Shown here: piece by piece, positions 1 to 10,206 of the stretch
Numbering within the stretch: the first letter of the stretch is position 1
Layout: each line of letters starts with the position of its first letter
Assembly (NCBI RefSeq): GCF_001194135.2
Contig: NC_068990.1
Location: 77,543,434 to 77,586,716 of the forward strand
Direction of reading: 5' to 3'
Length of the DNA stretch: 43,283 bases
From: Octopus bimaculoides
Taxonomy: Eukaryota
Program-made: the position numbers and the translations under genes
Notes under the pieces: generated by a model
Told to the model about the DNA's origin: nothing
The model's input: only the letters and a program-made list of their open reading frames with translations
The model's database searches: none

Positions 1-306
1 TTCTACTATAGCCTCGGGCCGACCAGAGCCTTGGATTTGGTAGACGGAAACTGAAAGAATCCCGCCATATATATGTATATGTATATATGTGTGTGTGTGT
101 GTGTGTGTGTTTGTGTGTGTGTCCCCAACATCGCTTGACAACCGATGCTGGTGTGTTTACGACCCGTAACTTAGCCGTTCGGCAAAAGAGACCGATAGAA
201 TAAGTACTAGGCTTACAAAGAATAAGTCCTGGGGGCGATTTGCTCGACAAAAGGCGGTGCTCCAGCATGGCCGCAGTAAAATAACTGAAACAAGTAGAAG
301 AGTAAA
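1..306 (+). mobile_element. SINE family A (tRNA-derived, internal (TA)n(TG)n microsatellite), 5' part outside the window
   Basis: Motifs ttctactatagc..gacggaaactgaaagaa..microsatellite..gcttgacaaccgatgctgg..gtgctccagcatggccgcag recur in about 10 copies in the window. Confidence 0.9.
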
Positions 307-333
307 AATAATATATATATAAGATGCAGTAGT

Positions 334-490
334 AATTTATTCTCAGACGCATGATAATACTAATGCAATAGTATGAACAGGATAAACTATCCATATATTG
401 CAGAAACAATCGTTACCGGCCAGCCATGAGACTCGAACTCACATCCATGTGATTACGCGTCAAGTGCTTTATCTTTAAGCTAAACTTCCC
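334..490 (-). mobile_element. tRNA-derived SINE family F, left arm of an inverted pair
   Basis: Reverse complement aligns with 569-741; A-box-like TAGCTTAAAG and B-box-like GAGTTCGAGTC. Confidence 0.75.
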
Positions 491-568
491 ATTAACGAAT
501 TGATTGTTTGTTTACTTTCATCGTAAGTTGAATTTATAAATCCTACAATTGCAGGCCAATTCATTACT

Positions 569-741
569 GGGCAGTTTAGCTTAAAGGTAAAGCAGTTGAC
601 GCGTCATCACAGAGATGTAAGTTCGAGTCACATGGCTGGCTAGTGATTATTTTTTTCTGTAACGATTTTTTCCTGTAATATATGAACAGTTATCCTGTTC
701 ATGCTATTGTTGTAGCATTATTATGCGCTTGAGAATAAATT
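569..741 (+). mobile_element. tRNA-derived SINE family F, right arm of an inverted pair
   Basis: Head GGGCAGTTTAGCTTAAAGGTAAAGC..GTAAGTTCGAGTC with A/B boxes; a non-tRNA body follows, so it is not called a tRNA gene. Confidence 0.75.
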
Positions 742-914
742 ATTTCTGTATCTTTCAATACATCTCAACGCTTCTAAAGCAAACTTTGTTTACTTTCATC
801 GTAATTTGAATATATATAATTATTATTTCGGGGTGGTCTTTTTTACTGCCAAATACAAAACACGCACTTTTTTATTTGTTCTTCACTAGTTTACTGTTCA
901 TTATTTTATCCATT

Positions 915-960
915 GTCTGGGAATATTTCATTACACATCTGTGACCTCTTCAGCGAACTT
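915..960 (-). ncRNA. Degenerate hammerhead ribozyme motif (homologue of the 23.9 kb copy)
   Basis: CTGAAGA-G-GTCACA gatg TGTAAT-GAAA; stem II has one mismatch; stems I and III cannot be assigned unambiguously. Confidence 0.5.
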
Positions 961-1255
961 TTCTCTCCGGGTGTATTCTCCTGCTCCGCTTAGTCCTTTC
1001 AAATACAGTGTTTCTAAGTAATAGACAGGACTCCTTCTCTTAAGACGATTGTGTATCATTCGTGCGTATCTGACTACAAAATCTAATCTTTTAATCGGAT
1101 AAAGGAGCTCCCTCTCCCTCCTTGGTGCTGTTGATGATGTTGACAGTGGCGGAGGTGTTGATTGTGTTGTTATTAATGGTAGCGATGGTAGTCGCACTGG
1201 TAGTGTTCCAGTTTTTAGACTCGTGAGTATTGATGAGTTGATCCACGATCTGATA

Positions 1256-1543
1256 CTTAAAGGCCCTCAACTGTTCAACAACCTACCTAAAGAAATCAGT
1301 AATACAAAAAGAATCTCTACTGAATCATTGAAACAACATTGGATAAGCACTTAATGATGATTCCGGACACGCCGACCATTCGAGGATGCACTCAGGGAAC
1401 ATCAACTGCTACCGACTAAATCATAGACTAACTTCCTGCCATAGACGGACAACAAAACCGATCAAAAATAAGTTAAGGCCGTGCTCCAGCATGGCCGCAG
1501 TCTTACGATTGAAGCCATTTAAAGAATGAAAAAATAAAGAATC
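1256..1543 (+). mobile_element. 5'-truncated LINE 3' end (L2/Crack/Daphne-like C-terminus)
   Basis: KGPQLFNNLPKEISNTKRISTESLKQHW, then frameshift to DKHLMMIPDTP, resembling the GPxLFNxLP..LDK.L..IPD.P LINE C-terminal motif; 3' tail gtgctccagcatggccgcagtc. Confidence 0.7.
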
Positions 1544-1554
1544 TCATCTTTTAT

Positions 1555-1680
1555 TCCAGCGCAATTCACGTAGGACTATATTATCCAATATTTGCTTCCT
1601 TCATTAAGACGGAAGGCTATGATTTGAGGGTGATTTAGGAACCATTTTTAGCACGTCGCATGACTTTGAAGAAGTTCCAT
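1555..1680 (+). repeat. Interspersed repeat family H (related copies about 14485-14560 - and 26430-26625 +)
   Basis: Shared gatttgagg..attt(gg)ctgcta..gcagg-like core in three places; class unknown. Confidence 0.45.
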
Positions 1681-2228
1681 TGTTAGCTTCTAGTTCAACA
1701 TGGCTTGTCGGATGGTCGTTTGGTTATTTCGTTGGTTTGTTGGTTGGTTGGTTGGTGATGAAAAAAAGAGGCAACAGAAAAAATTTCTGTTTATCCTTAT
1801 TAAGCCTATCTATAGTTGAAATAAGTTTTAGAAAGAAATCAGTGAAATTTAGGACAATCAAATCCAAATACCCAGTTTTGGATAATGTGACTGTGCTAAC
1901 AATAAAGATAATAATCGAAGATAAGAGATTTATAGCAATTATTTTGTCACAATCACGTACATAAAAATACAAGCACACATACAAACAGAGAAACAAACGT
2001 ACTCACACATACGCATGGAGGTATATTCAACACACACATATATGTCGGTTTTACGCACGCATGCGCTCAGACAGACTTATTCACAAATTCCTTGAAGTGA
2101 AACTCCCTTTACAAAATTAAATAAATATAGAATTGAAATAACAAGGGAATTGCAACAGCAGAAATATCAAATTATACAATTATTGCTTGAAGTAACTAGA
2201 ATCAAATTGAAACAGTCAAGCGTAGCTT

Positions 2229-2285
2229 CAGCCAATCAGAGTGTTACAAACGTTTTCCGCCATTATTGTTCGGAAGAACGTAAGA
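2229..2285 (+). promoter_or_regulatory. Candidate promoter: CCAAT box plus YY1/E2F-like motif, followed by a GTAAGA donor-like site
   Basis: CAGCCAATCAGA at 2229-2240; TTTTCCGCCATT at 2253-2264; GAAC|GTAAGA at 2280. Confidence 0.35.
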
Positions 2286-2618
2286 GAAACAAGGCAATAA
2301 TATGCTGTAGCAATGGAACTTCTTTTAGGTACTTCAGTTTAAGCATGTGAACATATAAATACACAGAGACGCACACGCATGCGTGCAATGTATGTAAATG
2401 AATATATATATATATATATANNNNNNNNNNNNNNNNNNNNNNNNNNNNNNNNNNNNNNNNNNNNNNNNNNNNNNNNNNNNNNNNNNNNNNNNNNNNNNNN
2501 NNNNNNNNNNNNNNNNNNNNNNNNNNNNNNNNNNNNNNNNNNNNNNNNNNNNNNNNNNNNNNNNNNNNNNNNNNNNNNNATATACATATATATATATATC
2601 TATATACATATATATATA

Positions 2619-2657
<39 letters not shown>

Positions 2658-2684
2658 CTGCATGTATGTATGTGTGTATGCATG

Positions 2685-2727
<43 letters not shown>

Positions 2728-3351
2728 ATACATATATGTATATGCATACTTACACAATGTGTATGTGTATGTGTGTGTATGTATATATACACGTGCGTGA
2801 ACGCGTGTGTTTGTACATCTGTCTATAAACGATATCATATTATATATCAAAATAATATCATAATAAATATGCAAAAATATACGTTGTATTACGAAAGCTT
2901 CGAAAAGGAATTGGTTTTAAAATGGCTAGAATTATATCAATATGTTGATAAAGAACAAACTGCAAGTTTACATAAAAGAATTCTCATATTTCTTTTAATA
3001 CATTTCCAGCTTCTTTCTCGTCTTTTGTGGATCCTCTACACTATTGTCATCATTAACTTTCGTTGTTGTTGTTGTTGTTGTTATTGTTGCTGCGGCTGTT
3101 ATACACGATGTTATTGTTGCTCTTTTTTCTCTCTCTTTCTCTTATTCATTTTCCTCCACTTCCTCCTTCTCCTCCTCATTCATCTGTCGCAGAAACAATA
3201 TATTTTGATATCGTCTGCTTCTTTTACCAGAGAAACATTTGTAAAATCTTTAAGATTTAATTTTACTTTCTTCCTCTTAGTTTTCACTCTATATTTCTAT
3301 TTCTTCTTTTCACTTATCTACCTACCATTTCATCATTTCTCTCTCTCTCCC

Positions 3352-3402
<51 letters not shown>

Positions 3403-3497
3403 NNNNNNNNNNNNNNNNNNNNNNNNNNNNNNNNNNNNNNNNNNNNNNNNNNNNNNNNNNNNNNNNNNNNNCACAAGCCACATAGAGAACATTTTCC

Positions 3498-3538
<41 letters not shown>

Positions 3539-4986
3539 ATTCACTCTATGCTGAATTGTGATGCATTATGGGCAGATTTCTGAAATCCAACAAACATTTA
3601 TGCAGATATAACTGTTTAAAGGATAAATCTATTATAATGGATAGTACTAAGTGGACTTTTTCTTCTTCTCTTTCTTTTTCTTTTTCCTTTGTGATGTAAT
3701 CTTGGGACTGAAAATATTTGCGGCTGAAGAAATCTTTAAACCATCCTTTCTATCAACAATATATACTGATGTAATGACAGATTGTGTATAAAGCCTGAAA
3801 CACGTGTACCGCGATACCCTTTGTGTTCTGTTTTCAATTTACGTTATATATATGTTACAGTCTGTCAGACGGAGGCCATGATGAATACCACAAGGTATGA
3901 AAATACGTATTCGCCTTTATATATTCAATTCTTTATATTGAACACTCAATATTTCATATATTCAATAAGACATTCAATACTTCATTTCATTGTAACATCC
4001 ATTTTTATATTATATATTATATATTATATATTCCATATTCTATATCCCACATTAATTTTACAAGAATATAAATAAAACATAAAAAAAACAGACAGAGTTG
4101 GAATTCTTTTAAATAAAATAATATATTCCTCTATACACGATCATACAAAACCCTTTGTTTTTNNNNNNNNNNNNNNNNNNNNNNNNNNNNNNNNNNNNNN
4201 NNNNNNNNNNNNNNNNNNNNNNNNNNNNNNNNNNNNNNNNNNNNNNNNNNNNNNNNNNNNNNNNNNNNNNNNNNNNNNNNNNNNNNNNNNNNNNNNNNNN
4301 NNNNNNNNNNNNNNNNNNNNNNNNNNNNNNNNNNNNNNNNNNNNNNNNNNNNNNNNNNNNNNNNNNNNNNNNNNNNNNNNNNNNNNNNNNNNNNNNNNNN
4401 NNNNNNNNNNNNNNNNNNNNNNNNNNNNNNNNNNNNNNNNNNNNNNNNNNNNNNNNNNNNNNNNNNNNNNNNNNNNNNNNNNNNNNNNNNNNNNNNNNNN
4501 NNNNNNNNNNNNNNNNNNNNNNNNNNNNNNNNNNNNNNNNNNNNNNNNNNNNNNNNNNNNNNNNNNNNNNNNNNNNNNNNNNNNNNNNNNNNNNNNNNNN
4601 NNNNNNNNNNNNNNNNNNNNNNNNNNNNNNNNNNNNNNNNNNNNNNNNNNNNNNNNNNNNNNNNNNNNNNNNNNNNNNNNNNNNNNNNNNNNNNNNNNNN
4701 NNNNNNNNNNNNNNNNNNNNNNNNNNNNNNNNNNNNNNNNNNNNNNNNNNNNNNNNNNNNNNNNNNNNNNNNNNNNNNNNNNNNNNNNNNNNNNNNNNNN
4801 NNNNNNNNNNNNNNNNNNNNNNNNNNNNNNNNNNNNNNNNNNNNNNNNNNNNNNNNNNNNNNNNNNNNNNNNNNNNNNNNNNNNNNNNNNNNNNNNNNNN
4901 NNNNNNNNNNNNNNNNNNNNNNNNNNNNNNNNNNNNNNNNNNNNNNATTACTACCGTTTTGTTCCTAGTAACAAACAAGCTCAATT

Positions 4987-5021
<35 letters not shown>

Positions 5022-5124
5022 ATCAATGTGTTTGTGTATGTGTCTGGTATGTGTGCTTATGTGTATGTGTATCTGTATATATACAAATGCACACACAGAG
5101 AAAGAGAGAGATAGAGAGACAGAC

Positions 5125-5350
5125 AGCGGGCCAATTTGCACAGGCGTTAGAGCGTTGGACAGAAAGCTTTGCTGTAATTGTTCTGCTCTCTGCGTTCCGT
5201 GTTTAAAATTCGACCGAGGTCAGTTTTATCTTTCCTCCTTTCATGGTCGCTATGTAACGTCGCAGTTCGCTACTGGACTCCAATCTTCTCTTTCTCGAAA
5301 CTCTTCCTTTGTATTTATCTCTTTCGCTGCTTCTTGTAGAAGGCGTTTAT
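5125..5350 (+). mobile_element. Old, diverged SINE family D copy
   Basis: gcgttagagcgttggacagaaag..aaattcgaccgaggtc..tttcctcctttcatggtcg matches the family D copies. Confidence 0.55.
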
Positions 5351-5403
5351 TGCCTAACTTGTAGAGTAATGGTCTTTCTGTTACGTCTAAAATATAGACA
5401 GAC

Positions 5404-5436
<33 letters not shown>

Positions 5437-5544
5437 CATACATACATACATACATACATACATAATGTCAAAAATTTCCATGTCTCAACGTGTGTTACGG
5501 CGGAGCCCCGGCGCCTCTACAACTCTAGCAAGAAGTTAATGGTC

Positions 5545-5575
<31 letters not shown>

Positions 5576-5576
5576 T

Positions 5577-6871
5577 CTAGCTGAATTACCCGGTAATACC
5601 CAGAAAACCGGGGATAATTTCTGGTTCCCATTCCCATTACCCTGTTTCATGCCCTATTCTGTTCCCTGTTCAGTCCCCGTTTTAGTTCCGCTCCCATTCC
5701 TGTCCTCAATCTTATGTCAATATATAAATTTTAGGATCAGTTAGGTGTAATTAAGCCATTAAATATCTTATTTACATTTATGATAATAGTTTATTGCTAA
5801 AAATAGGTATTACGAACTATTAATACGATTAGTTGGGTGAATAGGGAATGTCCCTATGCTATTTCAACAAACTAATATGCATTTGAGTAAAATAAATGAT
5901 TTGACCGGTAATACTGGGAAAGCAAGGGTTATTCCCAGTTCTCGTTTACCATTATACTGCTCCATGTCCTATCCTGTTCCCTGTTCAGTTCCAGTTTTAG
6001 TTCCGCTCCCATTCCAATCCTCAATCTTATACCAATATATAAATTTTAGAATCAGTTAGGCGTAGTGTAATTAAGCCATTAAATATTTTATTCACATTTA
6101 TGATAATAGTTTATTACTAAAAATAAGAACTACAAACCATTAATACGATTAGTAGCTGAATAAGGAATGCCCTTATGTGGGTGAATAAGGAATGCCTTTA
6201 ACAAACTCTATGCATCTGAGTAAAAAAAATGTGTTGACCAGTAATACCGGGAAAGCGGGAGTTATCCCCAGTTCCGTTTGCCATTATACTATTCCCTTTC
6301 TATCCTGTTTCCTGTTCAGTTCCTGTCTTTATGTTTAACCTGTCGTTTATGGTAATAGCTTATTGCTAAAAATAGGTATTGCAGACTATTAATTCTATTA
6401 ATGGGCGAATAAGGAATGTCCCTATATTATTTTAACAAACGAATATGCATCTGAGTAAAATGAATTAGATAAATAGATGGATTTACAAATACATCGACAA
6501 ATAGTCCGCGTATTGTAGCTGGCGTTGTCGCATGTTTTAGCTCATCGCAGTTGATTTGTGAACATGTGCTACAGTCCCATTCCCTCCTTAGGGGGCCCAT
6601 TATAGAATTTTATTGAAATCCAATTCGCCTATAATTCAACTGAATATTAGGAACAAATAAATAACAGAATCGGATTTAACGTGGATAATTATTTGAATAA
6701 ACTAAATTTGATAATTTTGACGTAATTTTAAAATCTCACAGTATGTGACAGCAACAGGGAAGACTCTACAAAAGTAGAGAGACAGACAATTATAGAACGT
6801 GACACACACATACACAAACTTACAAACGTATACACAGATAATCACGTACATAAAATAGTGTATAGTAGGGA
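5577..6871 (-). mobile_element. Non-autonomous Helitron-like element containing internal tandem repeats
   Basis: Minus strand starts a|TCCCTACTATA (6871); ends with hairpin CCCGGT..ACCGGG, then TAATTCAG, then CTAG (5577-5580). The base after CTAG is A rather than the usual T. Confidence 0.65.
5590..6460. repeat. Tandem repeat, about 315-333 bp unit, about 3 copies (third internally deleted)
   Basis: cc(g/a)gtaatac starts units at 5590, 5905 and 6238; ctgttcagt, ctaaaaata and atgcat(t/c)tgagtaaaa repeat in register. Confidence 0.9.
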
Positions 6872-7035
6872 TATGTTTGTATGTATGTATGTATGTATGT
6901 ATGTATGTATGTATGTACGTATGTATGTATATATATGTATGCGTGTGTGTTTGTGTGTGAGTGATTCTTTACAATGGACAGCAGAAAAGCTACCTACACC
7001 TCTCTCCTTAAAGCTACGTATTCCTCTCACCCACC

Positions 7036-7098
<63 letters not shown>

Positions 7099-7129
7099 TT
7101 ACGAAAAAATGCATGCAGCATCGCGTGTA

Positions 7130-7440
7130 TATGACAGCTATATTAACGCTAACATTTCATTGCTACCGGTGTTCTTGCTTTCACTGATATAAGTCACCCT
7201 CACTCTGCTACTACATTTCCATCCGACTAATACTTTTACAGCATTCTCATTTCATCATATAATTCGCCCAACGCCCCTGAGGGTACATCATAGATTTTTA
7301 TTGAAATCCAAATAGCCTATTATTGAACTGGATGTTAGTGTAACATGTATGCAAACTTTCGTGAATATTGGTTCGTTGGTTTAGGCACTAAGGTGGTAAA
7401 AGTCAGACAGACAGAAATTACCATTTATATATCAGATATA
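7130..7440 (-). mobile_element. Second, related Helitron-like non-autonomous remnant
   Basis: ttttattgaaatccaa..gcctat..aactg..tag shared with about 6600-6650; cagacagacag..tatatatcagatat end. Confidence 0.5.
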
Positions 7441-7444
7441 TAAA

Positions 7445-7750
7445 GGGAAAATACCCCACTTCGATCATTAATGACCATGGGATTGCATCTTGAAAGTTAC
7501 CCTCTGATCCACAAGTCCGAGCTTGGTTGTTTATGAAAGACCAGCGGTCGCCTATGCATACCAGTCTCTCCTCTCCATGCCACTGATGTTATCCAAGAGA
7601 AAGGCAAAGGCTGATACAGCTTGGCACCAGTGACATCGCAACTCATTTCTACAGCTGAGTGAATAGGAACAACTTGAAATAACGTGTCCTGCTCAAGAAC
7701 ATAGCACACAGCCTGATCTGGGGTTCGAACACGCTACCTAAGGGTTGTGA
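7445..7750 (-). mobile_element. tRNA-derived SINE family B
   Basis: B-box-like GTGTTCGAACCCC followed by ttgagcaggacacgttatttcaagttg..cactcagctg body. Confidence 0.7.
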
Positions 7751-9171
7751 GACCGATGTTATACATACATGCATACATATATACATGTAGCTGACATTAC
7801 CAAATGCGTATGACATGGTAGCGTGTACTATGCTTTCACTAATTGTCTTAAATGCCTATGTAGCTGTGAGCAGAATTAGATTCCCTCTCGGCCGGCCCTT
7901 CCTCGACCCAATGAAACATTCAGAATATCATAATTTGATGTAGAGCGTGCTGTCCCACTATAGGCTCCTTATTCTTTTCAGTTTAGTATACTTGATTCAT
8001 GTGAAGAGCTTCACTGAAGGAGAAAATTTACTACCGTTCGATTTAAGAATGGCGCTGATGGTCGTGGGCCTCACTCACAAAACACTGAACCACACGTCTA
8101 CACGCACACTAGTCTACCAACTTTTGGCGAATTGTTTTTCAAAGAAATACATCGAAACAGTAATGATCATATGAATATGCATATTAACCCTTTTACATGG
8201 AATTGTTTAGTAAAATATCAACCCAATAACTACGAATTTGTACATTAAATCAATGTTTACTGATACAGATATAATTCTGTTTTAATTAAGATTAAAGGCT
8301 GTTAAAACAACGCTTCAGTGGTTAAAATACAGACGTGTTGATTCCGTCCTTTCGTGTACCTGCCAAGACTTCTATTATGAATGTTCAGGACATCGAGTGA
8401 AAATAATATGAGAAATTTTTATCTCACCATATACAAAAAGATTGATTCTTAAGACTGTTGGTGATGCAACAGCAGTTTGTCTTCAGCGATTTAGTAAACA
8501 AAAAACGAACGTCATAAAAGTAATTCTTCGTAATTATTCTGGCTCGACGAAAAGAAATGAAACATCCTAAAAAGAAATGGAATATCGAGAGAAAGAAACA
8601 GAAACAAATAATTTGAGCTCCGGATATCTTTCTCCCCGATAGCATTTCATTATTCTGAATACTTTATCCTATCTTCCATCAGCTAATATATGAGAAAATA
8701 AAATCTTCGTCTGGAAAGAATTTAAGTCTAGATAGACCAATATTTGTAAGTGGAATTTCGTAGCCAGAGACTGTGCGGAATCTCGTCATACTGATACATA
8801 AACGAGACATGTGTGAGAGTGACTGAGAGATCCCGTCTGTTTGTGCATGTGTTAGTCCGTGTGCACCTGTGTACATCTGTGTGTGCGTGTATCGGCAAAA
8901 TATATACAAGTCAGGAAGATAATTGCTGATAAGCCGGTGCAGGCAAATCCTCCAATTCGTCGTGTGATATTTATGCCTCTTGAATCGCAAATACACTCTG
9001 TTGCTCTCGACAGCATGAAAGCAGCGACTGTGAACCTGAAGATAAATCGCTGGAGCCTATTAGTAAATGATGCAGTTTACAAAATGGATGCTGCACAGAC
9101 ACAAGCACGCGCACACACACACACACACACACATGCACGCAGGCATACGCACACATACACATGAACAAATA

Positions 9172-9476
9172 GGCGCAGGCGTGGTTTTGTGGCAGAGAAA
9201 TCCATTGTGTATATGTATGTATGTATGTATGTATGTATGCATGTATGTATGTATGTAAGTATGTATGTATGTATGTATGTGTGTCTGTGTTTGTCCCTCA
9301 TCACTGCTTGACACCCGATGCTGGTTTGTTTATTTGCCCCGTAACTTAGCGGTTCGATAGAATAATTACTAGGCTTAAAAACATAAATACGTACTGGGGA
9401 CAACTTATTCGACTAAATTCTTCAGTCCCAACATGGCCGCGATCTAATGACTGAAACAACTAAATTAAAAGATAAA
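9172..9476 (+). mobile_element. SINE family A, internally deleted copy
   Basis: Head ggcgcaggcgtgg joins directly to an (ATGT)n tract, then the family A 3' half. Confidence 0.8.
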
Positions 9477-9603
9477 CGGTAAATATTAATTACACCTTAC
9501 CAAGAAAGAAATGGTTACATTGCATAATACAGATTTAGGTATTCCCTTGAAAGTCGAAGTAGCCACGACTGAAGCGCTTTTGACCGCAGATATACCTGAT
9601 GGG

Positions 9604-9987
9604 AGTGGAGGCGCAATGACCCAGTGGTTAGGACAGCGGACTCGCGATCATAGGATCGCGGTTTCGATTCCCAGACCGGACGTTGTGAGTGTTTATTGAG
9701 CAAAAACACGTAAAGCCCCACGAGGTTCCGGCAGGAGATGGTGGCGAACCCTGCTGTACTCTTTCACCACAACTTTCTCTCACTCTTACTTCCTGTTTCT
9801 GTTGTGCCTCTAATCCAAAGGGCCAGCCTTGTCACACTGTGTCACGCTGAATATCCCCGAGAAATTCGTTAAGGGTACACGTGTCTGTGGAGTGTTCAGC
9901 CACTTGCACGTTAATTTCACGAGCAGGCTGTTCCGTTGATCGGATCAACTGGAACCCTCGACGTCGTAAGCGACAGAGTGCCAAGAG
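9604..9987 (+). mobile_element. Full-length tRNA-derived SINE family C with 12-bp target-site duplication
   Basis: Head ggaggcgcaatgacccagtggttagg..GGTTTCGATTCCC; ATACCTGATGGG repeated at 9592-9603 and 9988-9999; second copy at 43043-43283. Confidence 0.9.
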
Positions 9988-10114
9988 ATACCTGATGGGG
10001 TATGACATTGGTCTCAACAAAAACCAAAACAAAAATAATACTAACAACAGTGGTATAACAACACCCTTATATGAAAGAAAATAATAATGACCACGTAAAG
10101 CTTATGGTAAATAC

Positions 10115-10206
10115 CTTCCACAACCCGCTGCGAAGATGATTGCAATGTAACTAAGTACAAGTATTCTATGCATCAATAATGTTTTGTACTCTGCGCTCGT
10201 TGCCAT
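10115..10206 (-). CDS. Candidate first coding exon encoding a signal peptide (unknown secreted or membrane protein)
   Basis: agccagaATGG start context, in-frame upstream TAG, MATSAEYKTLLMHRILVLSYIAIIFAAGCG (basic/hydrophobic/small-residue pattern), donor AAG|GTATTT; no downstream exon confirmed. Confidence 0.4.

Noticed and set aside
569-640. tRNA gene call for the SINE F, SINE C and similar heads
   Set aside because: Acceptor and anticodon stems are incomplete and the heads continue into multi-copy SINE bodies
8424-8645. ORF IICFCFFLSIF..NQSFCIW with a GTGAGA donor at about 8427 (-)
   Set aside because: Composition is driven by T-richness and there is no family motif; it could be a UTR exon but cannot be supported
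8859-9164. Protein-looking ORF (RKIIADKPVQANPPIRRV..)
   Set aside because: Begins and ends in CA/TG repeats, with no splice signals or homology recognised
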